64,000 nucleotides of DNA from Gammaproteobacteria bacterium. GTDB taxonomy: Bacteria > Pseudomonadota > Gammaproteobacteria > Arenicellales > Poriferihabitantaceae. The first letter of the stretch is position 1. Every line of letters starts with the position of its first letter. Shown here one piece after another: positions 1 to 8,532 of this stretch. Both the position numbers and the translations under genes were made by a program. The notes below the pieces were generated by a model. That model saw only the letters and a list, made by a program, of their open reading frames with translations. It did no database searches and was not told the origin of the DNA. The stretch spans positions 354-64,353 of the forward strand of contig JAUVBY010000002.1 of NCBI GenBank assembly GCA_030590945.1, in the 5' to 3' direction.

Positions 1-1638
1 CAGTCTATCGGGTTTTTTACCGCCTTTGATTTTGGCTCAATCCTGCCCGACCGAAACTGGTTTTCGGCAGACGGAATCCCGGTATCGCCCGTGGATGACA
101 GTGGTCGGGTTAATGCCTATCCATTAATGAAAGTGCGCGCCATCGATAAGGCTAACGATCAAACCCTGGCCGCGCTGGATGTGGTGCTGCCGGTGGCGGC
201 TGAGGCAGACTGTCAGAACTGCCATGCTGATGCGATGGATTGTGCGAATGAAGATTTACCTGCTCGCGTTTTTTCAACTGAATGTAATGAGTCCGGTTTA
301 CAGTCTATGCTGCCGTCGGAAGTGATATCGCTGGACGATGCGCCGGGCGTAAACCTTGAACAGAAACTGTACAATGCAGCAAAAGTTAACGTGCTGCGCT
401 TGCACGATAAAAAATACGGTGCCCTATATACCTCTGCCGTTAAAACGACCGAAGGCGATCTGATTTCACGTGCATGCGACCCTTCGGATGATCCGGATCA
501 GCATTGCCTGGATAGCCGTCGTTCGATTCAGTGTTCTCAGTGCCATTACACCCCCGCACTTGACCTCACTCAGGGCGGGCCGGTAGATGAACCTGAGCAG
601 GGTGCCAACGGCCGACAGCAGACCCGGCATCGTTCGATGTCGAACGTGATACATTCATTTCACGGATCCCTGCCTCTATTTGAAGGCGAGACGTTGTTTC
701 CGGCCATGCCTTCGCCAATCGGGCGCGATCCTGAAATTGCGGAAAGTGTCTTACAAAAAACCTGCTATAGCTGTCACCCTGGCAAAGATACGGATTGTCT
801 GCGCGGCGCGATGGCCAAGGCAGAGGTCGTATGCCAGGATTGTCATGGTGATTTGTCACAGGTGGGCAATGATTTCTCCTTACGCGTGCAAACCGATAAT
901 CCGGGCGATTTTATACTCGATGGCAGCCTGCGTGTGCCCTGGGCATCTGAACCTGGCTGCCAATCCTGCCATACGGGTGATGCACGGATTAAGAATCACC
1001 CGGCCGATGCCGTGATTGCCGACGATGGGATTAGATTATTGCAGGCCTATATTGAGGATTATCTCGCGGTTGCAGGTGTTAGTGGTTTGGTTAAGGTCGC
1101 GACCATGAATCAATCTCCTGATTCCCGGTTTGCTGAAAACCAGGCGCTAAATTTAAAAGGTGATACGGTAGATGTGTTGTATCGCTTAAGCACGGGCCAC
1201 GGTGGTCTCGCCTGCGAGAGTTGTCACAATTCCACGCATGCAATCTGGCCTACACAGAATTTGCTGGCGAATGACAATGTTGCCGCCAAACAATTGCAGG
1301 GACATGCCGGCACCGTCATTGAATGCAATACCTGCCATGAAGGAGATCTGGGGGTCACGCTGGATGGTCCGCACGGTCTGCATCCGGTTGGTGGTGGTGA
1401 ATTTGCGGATGGCGGGCACGAAGAGACAGCTGAAGACAACGCCAATCAATGTCGTTCCTGCCATGGGAATAATGGCGAAGGAACGGTACTTTCCAGGGTG
1501 GCGACCAGCCGGTCTTTTCAAATCGAGGAATGTGAAAACGGTACGCTTTGTCCGGGCGATGAGCAAAAACCATTTCAAGTTAATTTAGCTAAGGGTACGC
1601 AGGTAAGCTGTACGATGTGCCATGAGAATCAGTTATAG
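1..1638 (+). CDS. multihaem c-type cytochrome, 5' end outside window (at least 9 haem sites visible)
   Basis: Frame 1 is open from nt 1 (QSIGFFTAFDF...) into the listed ORF. Nine CxxCH motifs: CQNCH, CSQCH, CYSCH, CQDCH, CQSCH, CESCH, CNTCH, CRSCH, CTMCH. Stop TAG at 1636-1638. Confidence 0.85.
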   Translation, partial: QSIGFFTAFDFGSILPDRNWFSADGIPVSPVDDSGRVNAYPLMKVRAIDKANDQTLAALDVVLPVAAEADCQNCHADAMDCANEDLPARVFSTECNESGLQSMLPSEVISLDDAPGVNLEQKLYNAAKVNVLRLHDKKYGALYTSAVKTTEGDLISRACDPSDDPDQHCLDSRRSIQCSQCHYTPALDLTQGGPVDEPEQGANGRQQTRHRSMSNVIHSFHGSLPLFEGETLFPAMPSPIGRDPEIAESVLQKTCYSCHPGKDTDCLRGAMAKAEVVCQDCHGDLSQVGNDFSLRVQTDNPGDFILDGSLRVPWASEPGCQSCHTGDARIKNHPADAVIADDGIRLLQAYIEDYLAVAGVSGLVKVATMNQSPDSRFAENQALNLKGDTVDVLYRLSTGHGGLACESCHNSTHAIWPTQNLLANDNVAAKQLQGHAGTVIECNTCHEGDLGVTLDGPHGLHPVGGGEFADGGHEETAEDNANQCRSCHGNNGEGTVLSRVATSRSFQIEECENGTLCPGDEQKPFQVNLAKGTQVSCTMCHENQL

Positions 1639-1730
1639 CCCTGGATTCTACGGAAGCTGGAGATGGTCAGTCCGCGACGGCGGAATTCAAACAGGATTGA
1701 AATATCATATGTATTGAAGTACTAATATTC

Positions 1731-1771
1731 TTGATCTACATCACGGTAAGTTTAATTAATGTTAATATAAT
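1731..1771 (+). promoter_or_regulatory. candidate FNR/CRP-family box (TTGATctacATCAc, 1731-1744) plus perfect -10 TATAAT (1766-1771)
   Basis: 9/10 match to TTGAT-N4-ATCAA. The box centre lies about 41 nt upstream of the start site implied by the -10. The site is in an AT-rich spacer 75 nt upstream of ATG 1813. Confidence 0.4.
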
Positions 1772-1812
1772 TAAAATTTAAATGACCGCTAACCAACCAA
1801 GAGGATAGAAAG

Positions 1813-2529
1813 ATGAAAATCAAGTTAAGCAAAAAACTTTGGGCCGTTATGATTGGTATATTTGCGCTAGGGTTTTCAGGACTGACACAGGCTGCTGAAA
1901 TCGAGTCATCTATCGCGCGTGGTGGTAACCTTTACGATAAATGGTTCAAGGTGCTGGATGTTGACGCGCCCGAGAAATCTCACGGCTTATATCCCGCAGA
2001 TAAAAAATACGCGGAAAAACCGGGTGCCAACTGGCGTTGTAAAGAGTGTCATGGCTGGGATTATCAGGGTGTAAATGGCGCTTATTCCAGCGGTAAACAT
2101 TCAAGCGGTATCGCGGGTATTAATGGCGCATCAGGGCAGTCTGCTGATGCGATTATTGCCACACTGAAAGGCGACGCACATGGATATAGTGACTTGTTGA
2201 GCGACCAGGATATGACAGACCTGGCTAATTTTGTGGGCCAGGGTCAGGTTGACATGGATAAATATATTGATCGTGCCAGTAAAATGCCTAAAGGTGATGC
2301 CGTTAAAGGCGAAGCCTACTTCAATACTGTTTGTGCAAAATGCCATGGTTTTGATGGCAAACTGCCTGATGATATGAAGCCGTTCGGCAAGCAGATGGGC
2401 AACCCCTGGGAGGTCATGCACAAGATTCTCAACGGTCAGCCGGGCGAAGATATGCCCGCGCTTCGAGCCCTGGATCATCAGATCACAGCTGATATTATGA
2501 GCCATATGGTGAGTTTGCCGAAAGAGTGA
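1813..2529 (+). CDS. periplasmic dihaem cytochrome c
   Basis: Sec-type signal peptide (KKLWAVMIGIFALGFSGLTQA). Two CxxCH motifs (CKECH, CAKCH). RBS AAGAGGA upstream. Confidence 0.85.
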   Translation: MKIKLSKKLWAVMIGIFALGFSGLTQAAEIESSIARGGNLYDKWFKVLDVDAPEKSHGLYPADKKYAEKPGANWRCKECHGWDYQGVNGAYSSGKHSSGIAGINGASGQSADAIIATLKGDAHGYSDLLSDQDMTDLANFVGQGQVDMDKYIDRASKMPKGDAVKGEAYFNTVCAKCHGFDGKLPDDMKPFGKQMGNPWEVMHKILNGQPGEDMPALRALDHQITADIMSHMVSLPKE

Positions 2530-2557
2530 TTTAGCGCTAATATGCTGATAAGTAACC

Positions 2558-2590
2558 GGGCAGCCATTTACAATGGTTGCCCTTTACATA
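2558..2590 (+). terminator. Rho-independent-type hairpin between the dihaem cytochrome and NapC-like genes
   Basis: GGGCAGCCATT-tac-AATGGTTGCCC forms an 11-bp stem with one G-U pair, followed by TTTACATATT. Confidence 0.5.
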
Positions 2591-2632
2591 TTAAGGCCGG
2601 ACGTTAACGAAAATGACTGAGACAACCATACT

Positions 2633-3181
2633 GTGACGACTGCGCGGCGAACTACTGTTGTGATATTTACGCTGGGAACGGTGTTTGGCATTCTGTTCTG
2701 GGGTGGATTTAATACGGCTGTTGAGTACACCAATACCACCGAATTTTGTATTTCCTGTCATGAAATGCGCGATACGGTCTACCAGGAATACAAGGAGTCC
2801 GTGCATTTCAAAAACCCTGCGGGGGTACGCGTAAGTTGCCCGGATTGTCACGTGCCACGCTCATGGGGGGCCAAGATGTGGCGCAAGATTCAGGCCAGTA
2901 ATGAGATATATCACAAGCTTATGGGGTCGATTAATACGCCGGAGAAATTCGAAGCCAAGCGTATGCAGCTGGCAGAGCACGTCTGGTCATCAATGGAAGC
3001 GAGCGACTCGCGCGAGTGCCGCAATTGTCATAGCTATGATGCGATGGACTTTGAGCACCAGTCCCGGCGTGCAGCAAAGAAAATGAAGGCAGGGCTTGAA
3101 AAGGGAAAAACCTGTATAGAGTGCCACAAAGGCATTGCACATAAGTTACCCGACGAATATGAGGATGAGGACGACGACTAA
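2633..3181 (+). CDS. NapC/NirT/CymA-family membrane-anchored tetrahaem cytochrome c (quinol dehydrogenase type)
   Basis: N-terminal TM helix (VVIFTLGTVFGILFWGGF). Four CxxCH motifs (CISCH, CPDCH, CRNCH, CIECH). Size 182 aa. GTG start. Confidence 0.85.
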   Translation: MTTARRTTVVIFTLGTVFGILFWGGFNTAVEYTNTTEFCISCHEMRDTVYQEYKESVHFKNPAGVRVSCPDCHVPRSWGAKMWRKIQASNEIYHKLMGSINTPEKFEAKRMQLAEHVWSSMEASDSRECRNCHSYDAMDFEHQSRRAAKKMKAGLEKGKTCIECHKGIAHKLPDEYEDEDDD

Positions 3182-3214
3182 ATCTTTGTATGAAGGCTTA
3201 GCCGAATCGCATTC

Positions 3215-3679
3215 TCAGTTACAGAATCGGTTAAGCTGTCTCTGGTCTTTCTGTGCGTGAGCCATATCACCTTTTTCCTTAGCCTTGTTCACGGCCATCT
3301 TCCAGTGGTCACAGGGCGGGGGAAATTGTTCTTCCAGGATGTAGGTGACAATTTTCCTCAGGAACTCGTCTGGTAATGCCATAGGGGGCATCAGACCAAG
3401 CTGAGCTAGTGCCTCATCGTGTATCGCCGCTTCCAGCGTAGGGGCTTTTACAAAGCTCACCATTTTATTTAAAAATTCTTCAGGGCTATTGGTATTTTTT
3501 CGATAGCGACGTTGCACGCCCCACATCGGTGGCCCCAGGGCGGGGTTATTGGACTGGTTATGGCAAACATCGCATGTCGCAAAAAAGCTTTTGCCTTCTT
3601 CTGCTTCGGGGCTGAGTGCATGACTGCTTAAGGTGAAAAGTACGGCGGCCATAAAGACCGCTAGTTGCGCTGTATTCAT
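3215..3679 (-). CDS. monohaem c-type cytochrome, exported
   Basis: The internal ATG (MNTAQLAVFMAAVLFTLSSHA) gives a signal peptide. One CDVCH motif with a downstream GPPMW Met-ligand region. The longer ORF start at 3748 would overlap the upstream gene. Confidence 0.75.
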   Translation of the reverse strand: MNTAQLAVFMAAVLFTLSSHALSPEAEEGKSFFATCDVCHNQSNNPALGPPMWGVQRRYRKNTNSPEEFLNKMVSFVKAPTLEAAIHDEALAQLGLMPPMALPDEFLRKIVTYILEEQFPPPCDHWKMAVNKAKEKGDMAHAQKDQRQLNRFCN

Positions 3680-3696
3680 GTCTGTTTTCTCGCGAT

Positions 3697-4095
3697 TTAT
3701 TTTCGATTCGGCAAGCGATGCCAGCAAGTGAAAGCAATGCTTGCCCACACCAGTGTTCGAAGGCTCATAGCCATTATGGTGCGCTGCTCGCTTTCACCGC
3801 CAACTAAAATATACACGCCCAGGGCGCCAAAAACCAGCAGCGTTAACAGGGCGATCATTATCGCTGCGGTAGCGCTCCAGGGTTTTTGTAACCAGATTCC
3901 CATTCCAGTAGCCACATAGAAAAACCCGGCTATAAAATTGAACCAGAGTACAAAGCTTACATAGTGCCCCGCAGCCTGTCTTGCTTCTCCATCAATAAAT
4001 AAAACGCTGCCGCCGGATTTGATGGTTAGCAGGCCGAACAGGATCGCTACAATGGCGCTTATCCAGGCCCATACAGGTCGCTTCTTAACCATCAT
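3697..4095 (-). CDS. small integral membrane protein (about 4 TM), unknown function
   Basis: 132-aa ORF with four hydrophobic segments. Lies 17 nt upstream of the cytochrome c gene on the same strand. Confidence 0.6.
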   Translation of the reverse strand: MMVKKRPVWAWISAIVAILFGLLTIKSGGSVLFIDGEARQAAGHYVSFVLWFNFIAGFFYVATGMGIWLQKPWSATAAIMIALLTLLVFGALGVYILVGGESEQRTIMAMSLRTLVWASIAFTCWHRLPNRK

Positions 4096-4195
4096 ATTGT
4101 TTTCTCTAGATAAAAACCGGTAAATTCACTCTGTAAATAGTGTGATTACTATTGAAGATAGAGTGTATACCTTCGCTGCTTTCTTAGCGTGAGGC

Positions 4196-4223
4196 ACAGT
4201 GCCGCAGCGCGTTGCGGCACTGT
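4196..4223 (-). terminator. perfect 11-bp hairpin downstream of the HupE-like gene (no U-tract)
   Basis: ACAGTGCCGCA-gcgcgt-TGCGGCACTGT, about 30 nt after stop 4255. Confidence 0.3.
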
Positions 4224-4254
4224 ATCTTGAACACGGTTAGGCATGATGTTTATT

Positions 4255-5442
4255 CTACACCAGATTTAATCGCTCGACTGTCCATACAATTCCAGTCATG
4301 CCAATGATAAGCGATCCGGGGACCACCACATAGCGTCGATAATTTGGTGATTTCATGAGCCAGCCAAGTACAAGCCAGGCGAGGGTGATGATGGCTAATT
4401 GCCCCAGTTCTACGCCGACGTTGAAACTGAGCAAGGAAGTAAAAAAGCTGTCTTTGGGTAGTTCAAACTCAGCGAGTACCGAGGCGAACCCCATTCCGTG
4501 CAGCAGGCCAAAAGCAAACACCAGAATCAGACGGTGTCGATGTAGCCGGGTCGAAAAAACATTCTCCAGGCCCACGTAGGCGATGGACAGGGCGATCAGT
4601 GGTTCGACGATGCGTGGGGATAGCTCAATATAACCCGCAGTTGCCAGCCCCAGCGTGACGGTATGCGCCAGGGTAAACATGGTGATCTGCCAAAGCAGGG
4701 GGCGTAGGGTACGGCTGAACAGGAACAGTCCCAGGATAAACAGGATGTGATCCAGACCCCGTGGCAATATATGCAAAAACCCCAACTGTGTGAATTCAGT
4801 GATGGTCTGAACGGTGGTTTTTTCGGCGTAAATCTCCTGTAGCGAAAACACTTTACTTTCACGTTCGCCCTTAACCCAGTCCCAGGTGGACCAGTGCCAT
4901 TTTTCCGCTTGCAGGTCGACCTGGCGCACGCGCACGGCATAGTCGCTAAAGCGCGTCGGATAGGTGATACTTAACGCGGTAGCATCATCCGGTAGTTCGC
5001 CGTTCAGCCACAGGGTACTGATGCGCGGTACTTTAGTATAACCCGGTTCAGGAATGTCCGGTTTCAGCACGGACAGGGGAACCAGTGATGTTTCCCCGGC
5101 ACTGTGGGCACGTAATTGAATGGCGTTTAGAAAGTCAGCTTCAAATTGCGCAAATCTCTCTTCCAGTTTATCAGCCCGCAGCGCTCGTAATTCATCATAG
5201 GCCTCAGCATTGGGGGCATCCTGCGTATTCCTGTAGCGGGCGTTGATTCCCGTCAGCAAAGCTTCAATGCTGGCGCGGATCTCCAGCTCAACCAGGCCCG
5301 ATTTATGCGCGGAAATTTCGATTAAGGCGGGTTTAACCACATCTGCGTTACTGGAGAGTGGTATTAAAAAGCCCAGGAGAATGATTCCGTACCGAAGGGT
5401 AAATGCGAATCGGGAGAGCCAGGGCATGTGCTTGTAGTGCAT
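4255..5442 (-). CDS. HupE/UreJ-family membrane protein with long N-terminal periplasmic extension
   Basis: The C-terminal ~170 aa is polytopic with HILxGxDH-type (FLHILPRGLDHILFILG) and LLHGMGFA motifs typical of HupE/UreJ. The N-terminal ~220 aa is soluble and follows a signal peptide. Confidence 0.7.
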   Translation of the reverse strand: MHYKHMPWLSRFAFTLRYGIILLGFLIPLSSNADVVKPALIEISAHKSGLVELEIRASIEALLTGINARYRNTQDAPNAEAYDELRALRADKLEERFAQFEADFLNAIQLRAHSAGETSLVPLSVLKPDIPEPGYTKVPRISTLWLNGELPDDATALSITYPTRFSDYAVRVRQVDLQAEKWHWSTWDWVKGERESKVFSLQEIYAEKTTVQTITEFTQLGFLHILPRGLDHILFILGLFLFSRTLRPLLWQITMFTLAHTVTLGLATAGYIELSPRIVEPLIALSIAYVGLENVFSTRLHRHRLILVFAFGLLHGMGFASVLAEFELPKDSFFTSLLSFNVGVELGQLAIITLAWLVLGWLMKSPNYRRYVVVPGSLIIGMTGIVWTVERLNLV

Positions 5443-5587
5443 TATTGATTTACTTTTCGGTCAAGCTGCTGATTGTATCCAGCTGTGAGATGGCTGTATA
5501 TGAGCTTTATATCAGACAAAAGATTATTCCAGTTTCCTGGTTGAATTCTTGCTAATGTGCAACGGTACCTCAATGCGATACAATTAA

Positions 5588-7423
5588 ATGTTCATGAGAG
5601 TTCTTGTCGTATTATTTTCCCTGTTTGCTTCGGTGTCGATAGCAAAGGCAGGTACTATCTCAATAGGCGTGCTCGCTTATGATGGTAAGCAACAGGCGGT
5701 CAGTCGCTGGCAACCAACCGCGGATTATCTTAGTCAGCACATTCCGGGGCAGAAATTTAAGGTAGTACCCCTCACGCATGATGAGTTTGAGCACAGCATC
5801 AATAAGAGTGAACTTGATTTCATTTTAACCAATCCCGGGCACTATGTGCGCCTTGAGGTGGCCTTTGGTGCAACTCGAATAGCCACCTTTAAATCCAGGT
5901 TCCACGATAAGGTGTTGACGCAATTCAGCTCTGTAATCTTTACCCGAAAAGATCGCAATATTGATAGCCTGGCAGCACTTGAAGGGCGTACTTTGGCCGC
6001 GGTCAGTGAAGGCGCTTTTGGAGGCTTTCAGCTTGCACAGAATGCCCTGTTAGCGCATAACATTAACGTGCGCGAAGACATGGACATCCTGTGGCTGGGG
6101 TTCCCTCATTCGGATGTGGTCAAAGCGGTGCTTGCGGGCGACGCAGATGCTGGCACGGTTCGTAGTGGCGTGTTGGAGAAAATGGCGGCACAGGGGAGTG
6201 TTGATTTGTCGCAGCTGAAAATTCTCGCACAAAAACAAAACGAAGGCTTTCCTTTGCTGCACAGTGTGGATCTTTATCCAGAATGGCCTTTTGCCAAGTT
6301 GCCGGATACCGACGATGCAATGGCAAAAAATGTGGCGATCAGCCTGTTTCAAATGTCACAACAGGACGTGGCCACGTTAAAATCCGGGGGCGCGGGCTGG
6401 ACAATCCCGCTGGATTATACCGTCGTGCATTCGGTGTTGCGTCGCCTGCAAGTGGAGCCCTACCCTCCCGTCGCGCTGACAGTATCTGTGTTCTGGTATG
6501 CGTATCAAAGCTGGATTATTGCCTTTGGGTTTTTGTTCCTGATTGCCCTGATGAGCCTGCTGCGTGTGTCACGAACCAACCGCCAGTTTAAATCAACGCA
6601 AAGATCACTACATAGCCACCAGGCACAACTGGAAGAAATTGTCAGGCAACGTACTGAAGAGTTGCGCGAGTTGAACCAGACTTTGCAGGAGGACGTCGAG
6701 TCTCGTATCAGGTCGGAGCAATTACTGAGTGAGGGCTGTGAAACCCTGCAAGCACTATATAGCATTTCTACGCGTCATGACCTTGATCGGGAGCAGCGAC
6801 TGCAGTCCATCGTTGATCTGGCACGACATTTTCTGGGTGCAGAACATGCCGTACTTTCGCATTACAAAAACCATCAATTCGAACTTTGTACAGTCAGTCC
6901 GGGTAATCAGAACCTTCCTGTTCCGCTCAATAAGCCTTTTGCGCAGGAGGCCGTTCATGATAACCAGATTCACTCCCATGATGGCAAAGTCACGGGAGAT
7001 AAATATATAATATGCCCGGTTTTTGTCGCGGGTGAGTTGCATTGCCTGCTCGAATTTTCGACTTCCCGGCAATTTCAGGTCGAGAACAGGCAGGCCCAAT
7101 CAGGACTGACATCCGAACTGAGTCGTCAAATTCTAAAACTGATATCACAATGGGTGAGTAATGAAGTTGTCATGGCGAATCGCGAGAAGCAGGCGCAAGA
7201 CCAGAACCAGGAAATAGTGCTACGTTTTGCTGATATCAGCCCTCGTGAACAGGAAGTTCTGACGCTGTTGGTTCAGAGCGAATCGACTAAATCGATGGCG
7301 CGGATACTCAGTATCAGTACTAAAACAATCGAATTACACCGTGCTAACCTGCTGCGAAAAACGGGCGCTAAATCTTCTATTGAGCTTGTCAAGCTGGCAG
7401 TACTGTCGGGCGTGTCCAGCTGA
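5588..7423 (+). CDS. membrane one-component transcriptional regulator: periplasmic PhnD-like binding domain, TM, coiled coil, unassigned domain, LuxR-type HTH
   Basis: Signal/TM1, then ~270 aa with PhnD/phosphonate-binding-like blocks (ISIGVLAYDG..., DFILTNPGHYV, AGDADAGTVRSGVLE). TM2 is WIIAFGFLFLIALMSLL. The C-terminus EQEVLTLLVQSESTKSMARILSISTKTIELHRANLLRK is a LuxR/FixJ HTH. No kinase or receiver domain is present. Confidence 0.75.
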   Translation: MFMRVLVVLFSLFASVSIAKAGTISIGVLAYDGKQQAVSRWQPTADYLSQHIPGQKFKVVPLTHDEFEHSINKSELDFILTNPGHYVRLEVAFGATRIATFKSRFHDKVLTQFSSVIFTRKDRNIDSLAALEGRTLAAVSEGAFGGFQLAQNALLAHNINVREDMDILWLGFPHSDVVKAVLAGDADAGTVRSGVLEKMAAQGSVDLSQLKILAQKQNEGFPLLHSVDLYPEWPFAKLPDTDDAMAKNVAISLFQMSQQDVATLKSGGAGWTIPLDYTVVHSVLRRLQVEPYPPVALTVSVFWYAYQSWIIAFGFLFLIALMSLLRVSRTNRQFKSTQRSLHSHQAQLEEIVRQRTEELRELNQTLQEDVESRIRSEQLLSEGCETLQALYSISTRHDLDREQRLQSIVDLARHFLGAEHAVLSHYKNHQFELCTVSPGNQNLPVPLNKPFAQEAVHDNQIHSHDGKVTGDKYIICPVFVAGELHCLLEFSTSRQFQVENRQAQSGLTSELSRQILKLISQWVSNEVVMANREKQAQDQNQEIVLRFADISPREQEVLTLLVQSESTKSMARILSISTKTIELHRANLLRKTGAKSSIELVKLAVLSGVSS

Positions 7424-7560
7424 CCGAACTCCCGCCTAGTGAAAACCCTAGGTCAATTCTAGTAAACAGGCTAATTGCCTGCAGATTAGTGCTACTTGAT
7501 ACTAACGATGTCTGGCATACGTCAGAACATTTTAAAAACACCAGGTAGAGAGGAAAGAAA

Positions 7561-8532
7561 ATGAGCGTTAAAACACTGGCTTTGAGCCTTACTATTGCGA
7601 CCACCCTGATTACAATCCCGTCATTCGCGGCTAAAAAAGACGAATCCGGATTGGGGCATGATTACCGGACTTTCCACTCAGACGGGAAAATCGACTACGG
7701 AAACATTGGGGATTCGTACACCGCTGAATTAACGATTTATGTTGCGGGCAATCAGTTTATGGCGATGGAAGAACTGATGAATGACTTCCAGGGAAAGAAT
7801 CAGGATATCAAGACCATATATCTGGAAACCATTCCGCCCGGCCAGATACTCAAAGGCCAGATTTTGAAGCAGGGGAAAATTGATGGACAGAATACTGCGC
7901 AAAATCCCGATTTATTTGCCAGCGTGAATCTGGGGCATTTAAAGAAGCTAAAAGGAAAGGGTGTGATGGAGAATTACAAGATCTATATTCATAACAAACT
8001 TGAACTGATGGTGGCCAAAGGTAACCCAAAAGGCATAAAAGGGCCCGAAGACCTGGGGCGCGATGACCTGGTTCAATCTCACCCTAATCCCCTGACTGAA
8101 GGGATTTTTAAATTCTACGGATCGCAAATGTTGAAAGACCTTGATCTTTATGACAAGGTGACCGGCGGCAGTGAGTGCAAAAGCTGCTGGGCGGTTGAAG
8201 GTAAAACCTGGTTTACCTCTCGTCACCATCGTGAGACACCGCACCGTATAGAACAAGGCGAAGCCGACGTTGGCATTGTCTGGGCAACTGAGGTCGCCCA
8301 TGCACAGGCCGAAGGCCGCCCGATCGACGGTGTGAGCATCCCTGCGCCATACAATATGGAACACAAGGTGGCTTATGCGATCGGCATGCTGACGACGGGT
8401 AGAAATCCTGATAATGCAGGTCGTTTTCTGGATTATCTGAGCACGGACGATGCGCAGAATATTTACGCAAGCTACGGTTTTATCAAGGGTTCTGCAGAAG
8501 ATCTGAAGTTGAAGCCGATTCCGGGAAAATAA
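7561..8532 (+). CDS. periplasmic substrate-binding protein, ModA/sulfate-binding-like (type II PBP), orphan
   Basis: Signal peptide ending SFAA. Overall PBP-like pattern (LTIYVAGNQF..., ADVGIVWATE). Strong RBS GAGAGGAAAG. No adjacent permease or ATPase gene. Confidence 0.6.
   Translation: MSVKTLALSLTIATTLITIPSFAAKKDESGLGHDYRTFHSDGKIDYGNIGDSYTAELTIYVAGNQFMAMEELMNDFQGKNQDIKTIYLETIPPGQILKGQILKQGKIDGQNTAQNPDLFASVNLGHLKKLKGKGVMENYKIYIHNKLELMVAKGNPKGIKGPEDLGRDDLVQSHPNPLTEGIFKFYGSQMLKDLDLYDKVTGGSECKSCWAVEGKTWFTSRHHRETPHRIEQGEADVGIVWATEVAHAQAEGRPIDGVSIPAPYNMEHKVAYAIGMLTTGRNPDNAGRFLDYLSTDDAQNIYASYGFIKGSAEDLKLKPIPGK

Noticed and set aside
7513-7530. TGGCAT at 7513 looked like a sigma54 -24 element upstream of the binding-protein gene.
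   Set aside because: The expected -12 TTGC is absent at the required spacing (sequence is TGGCATACGTCAGAAC), and no enhancer-binding protein is nearby.
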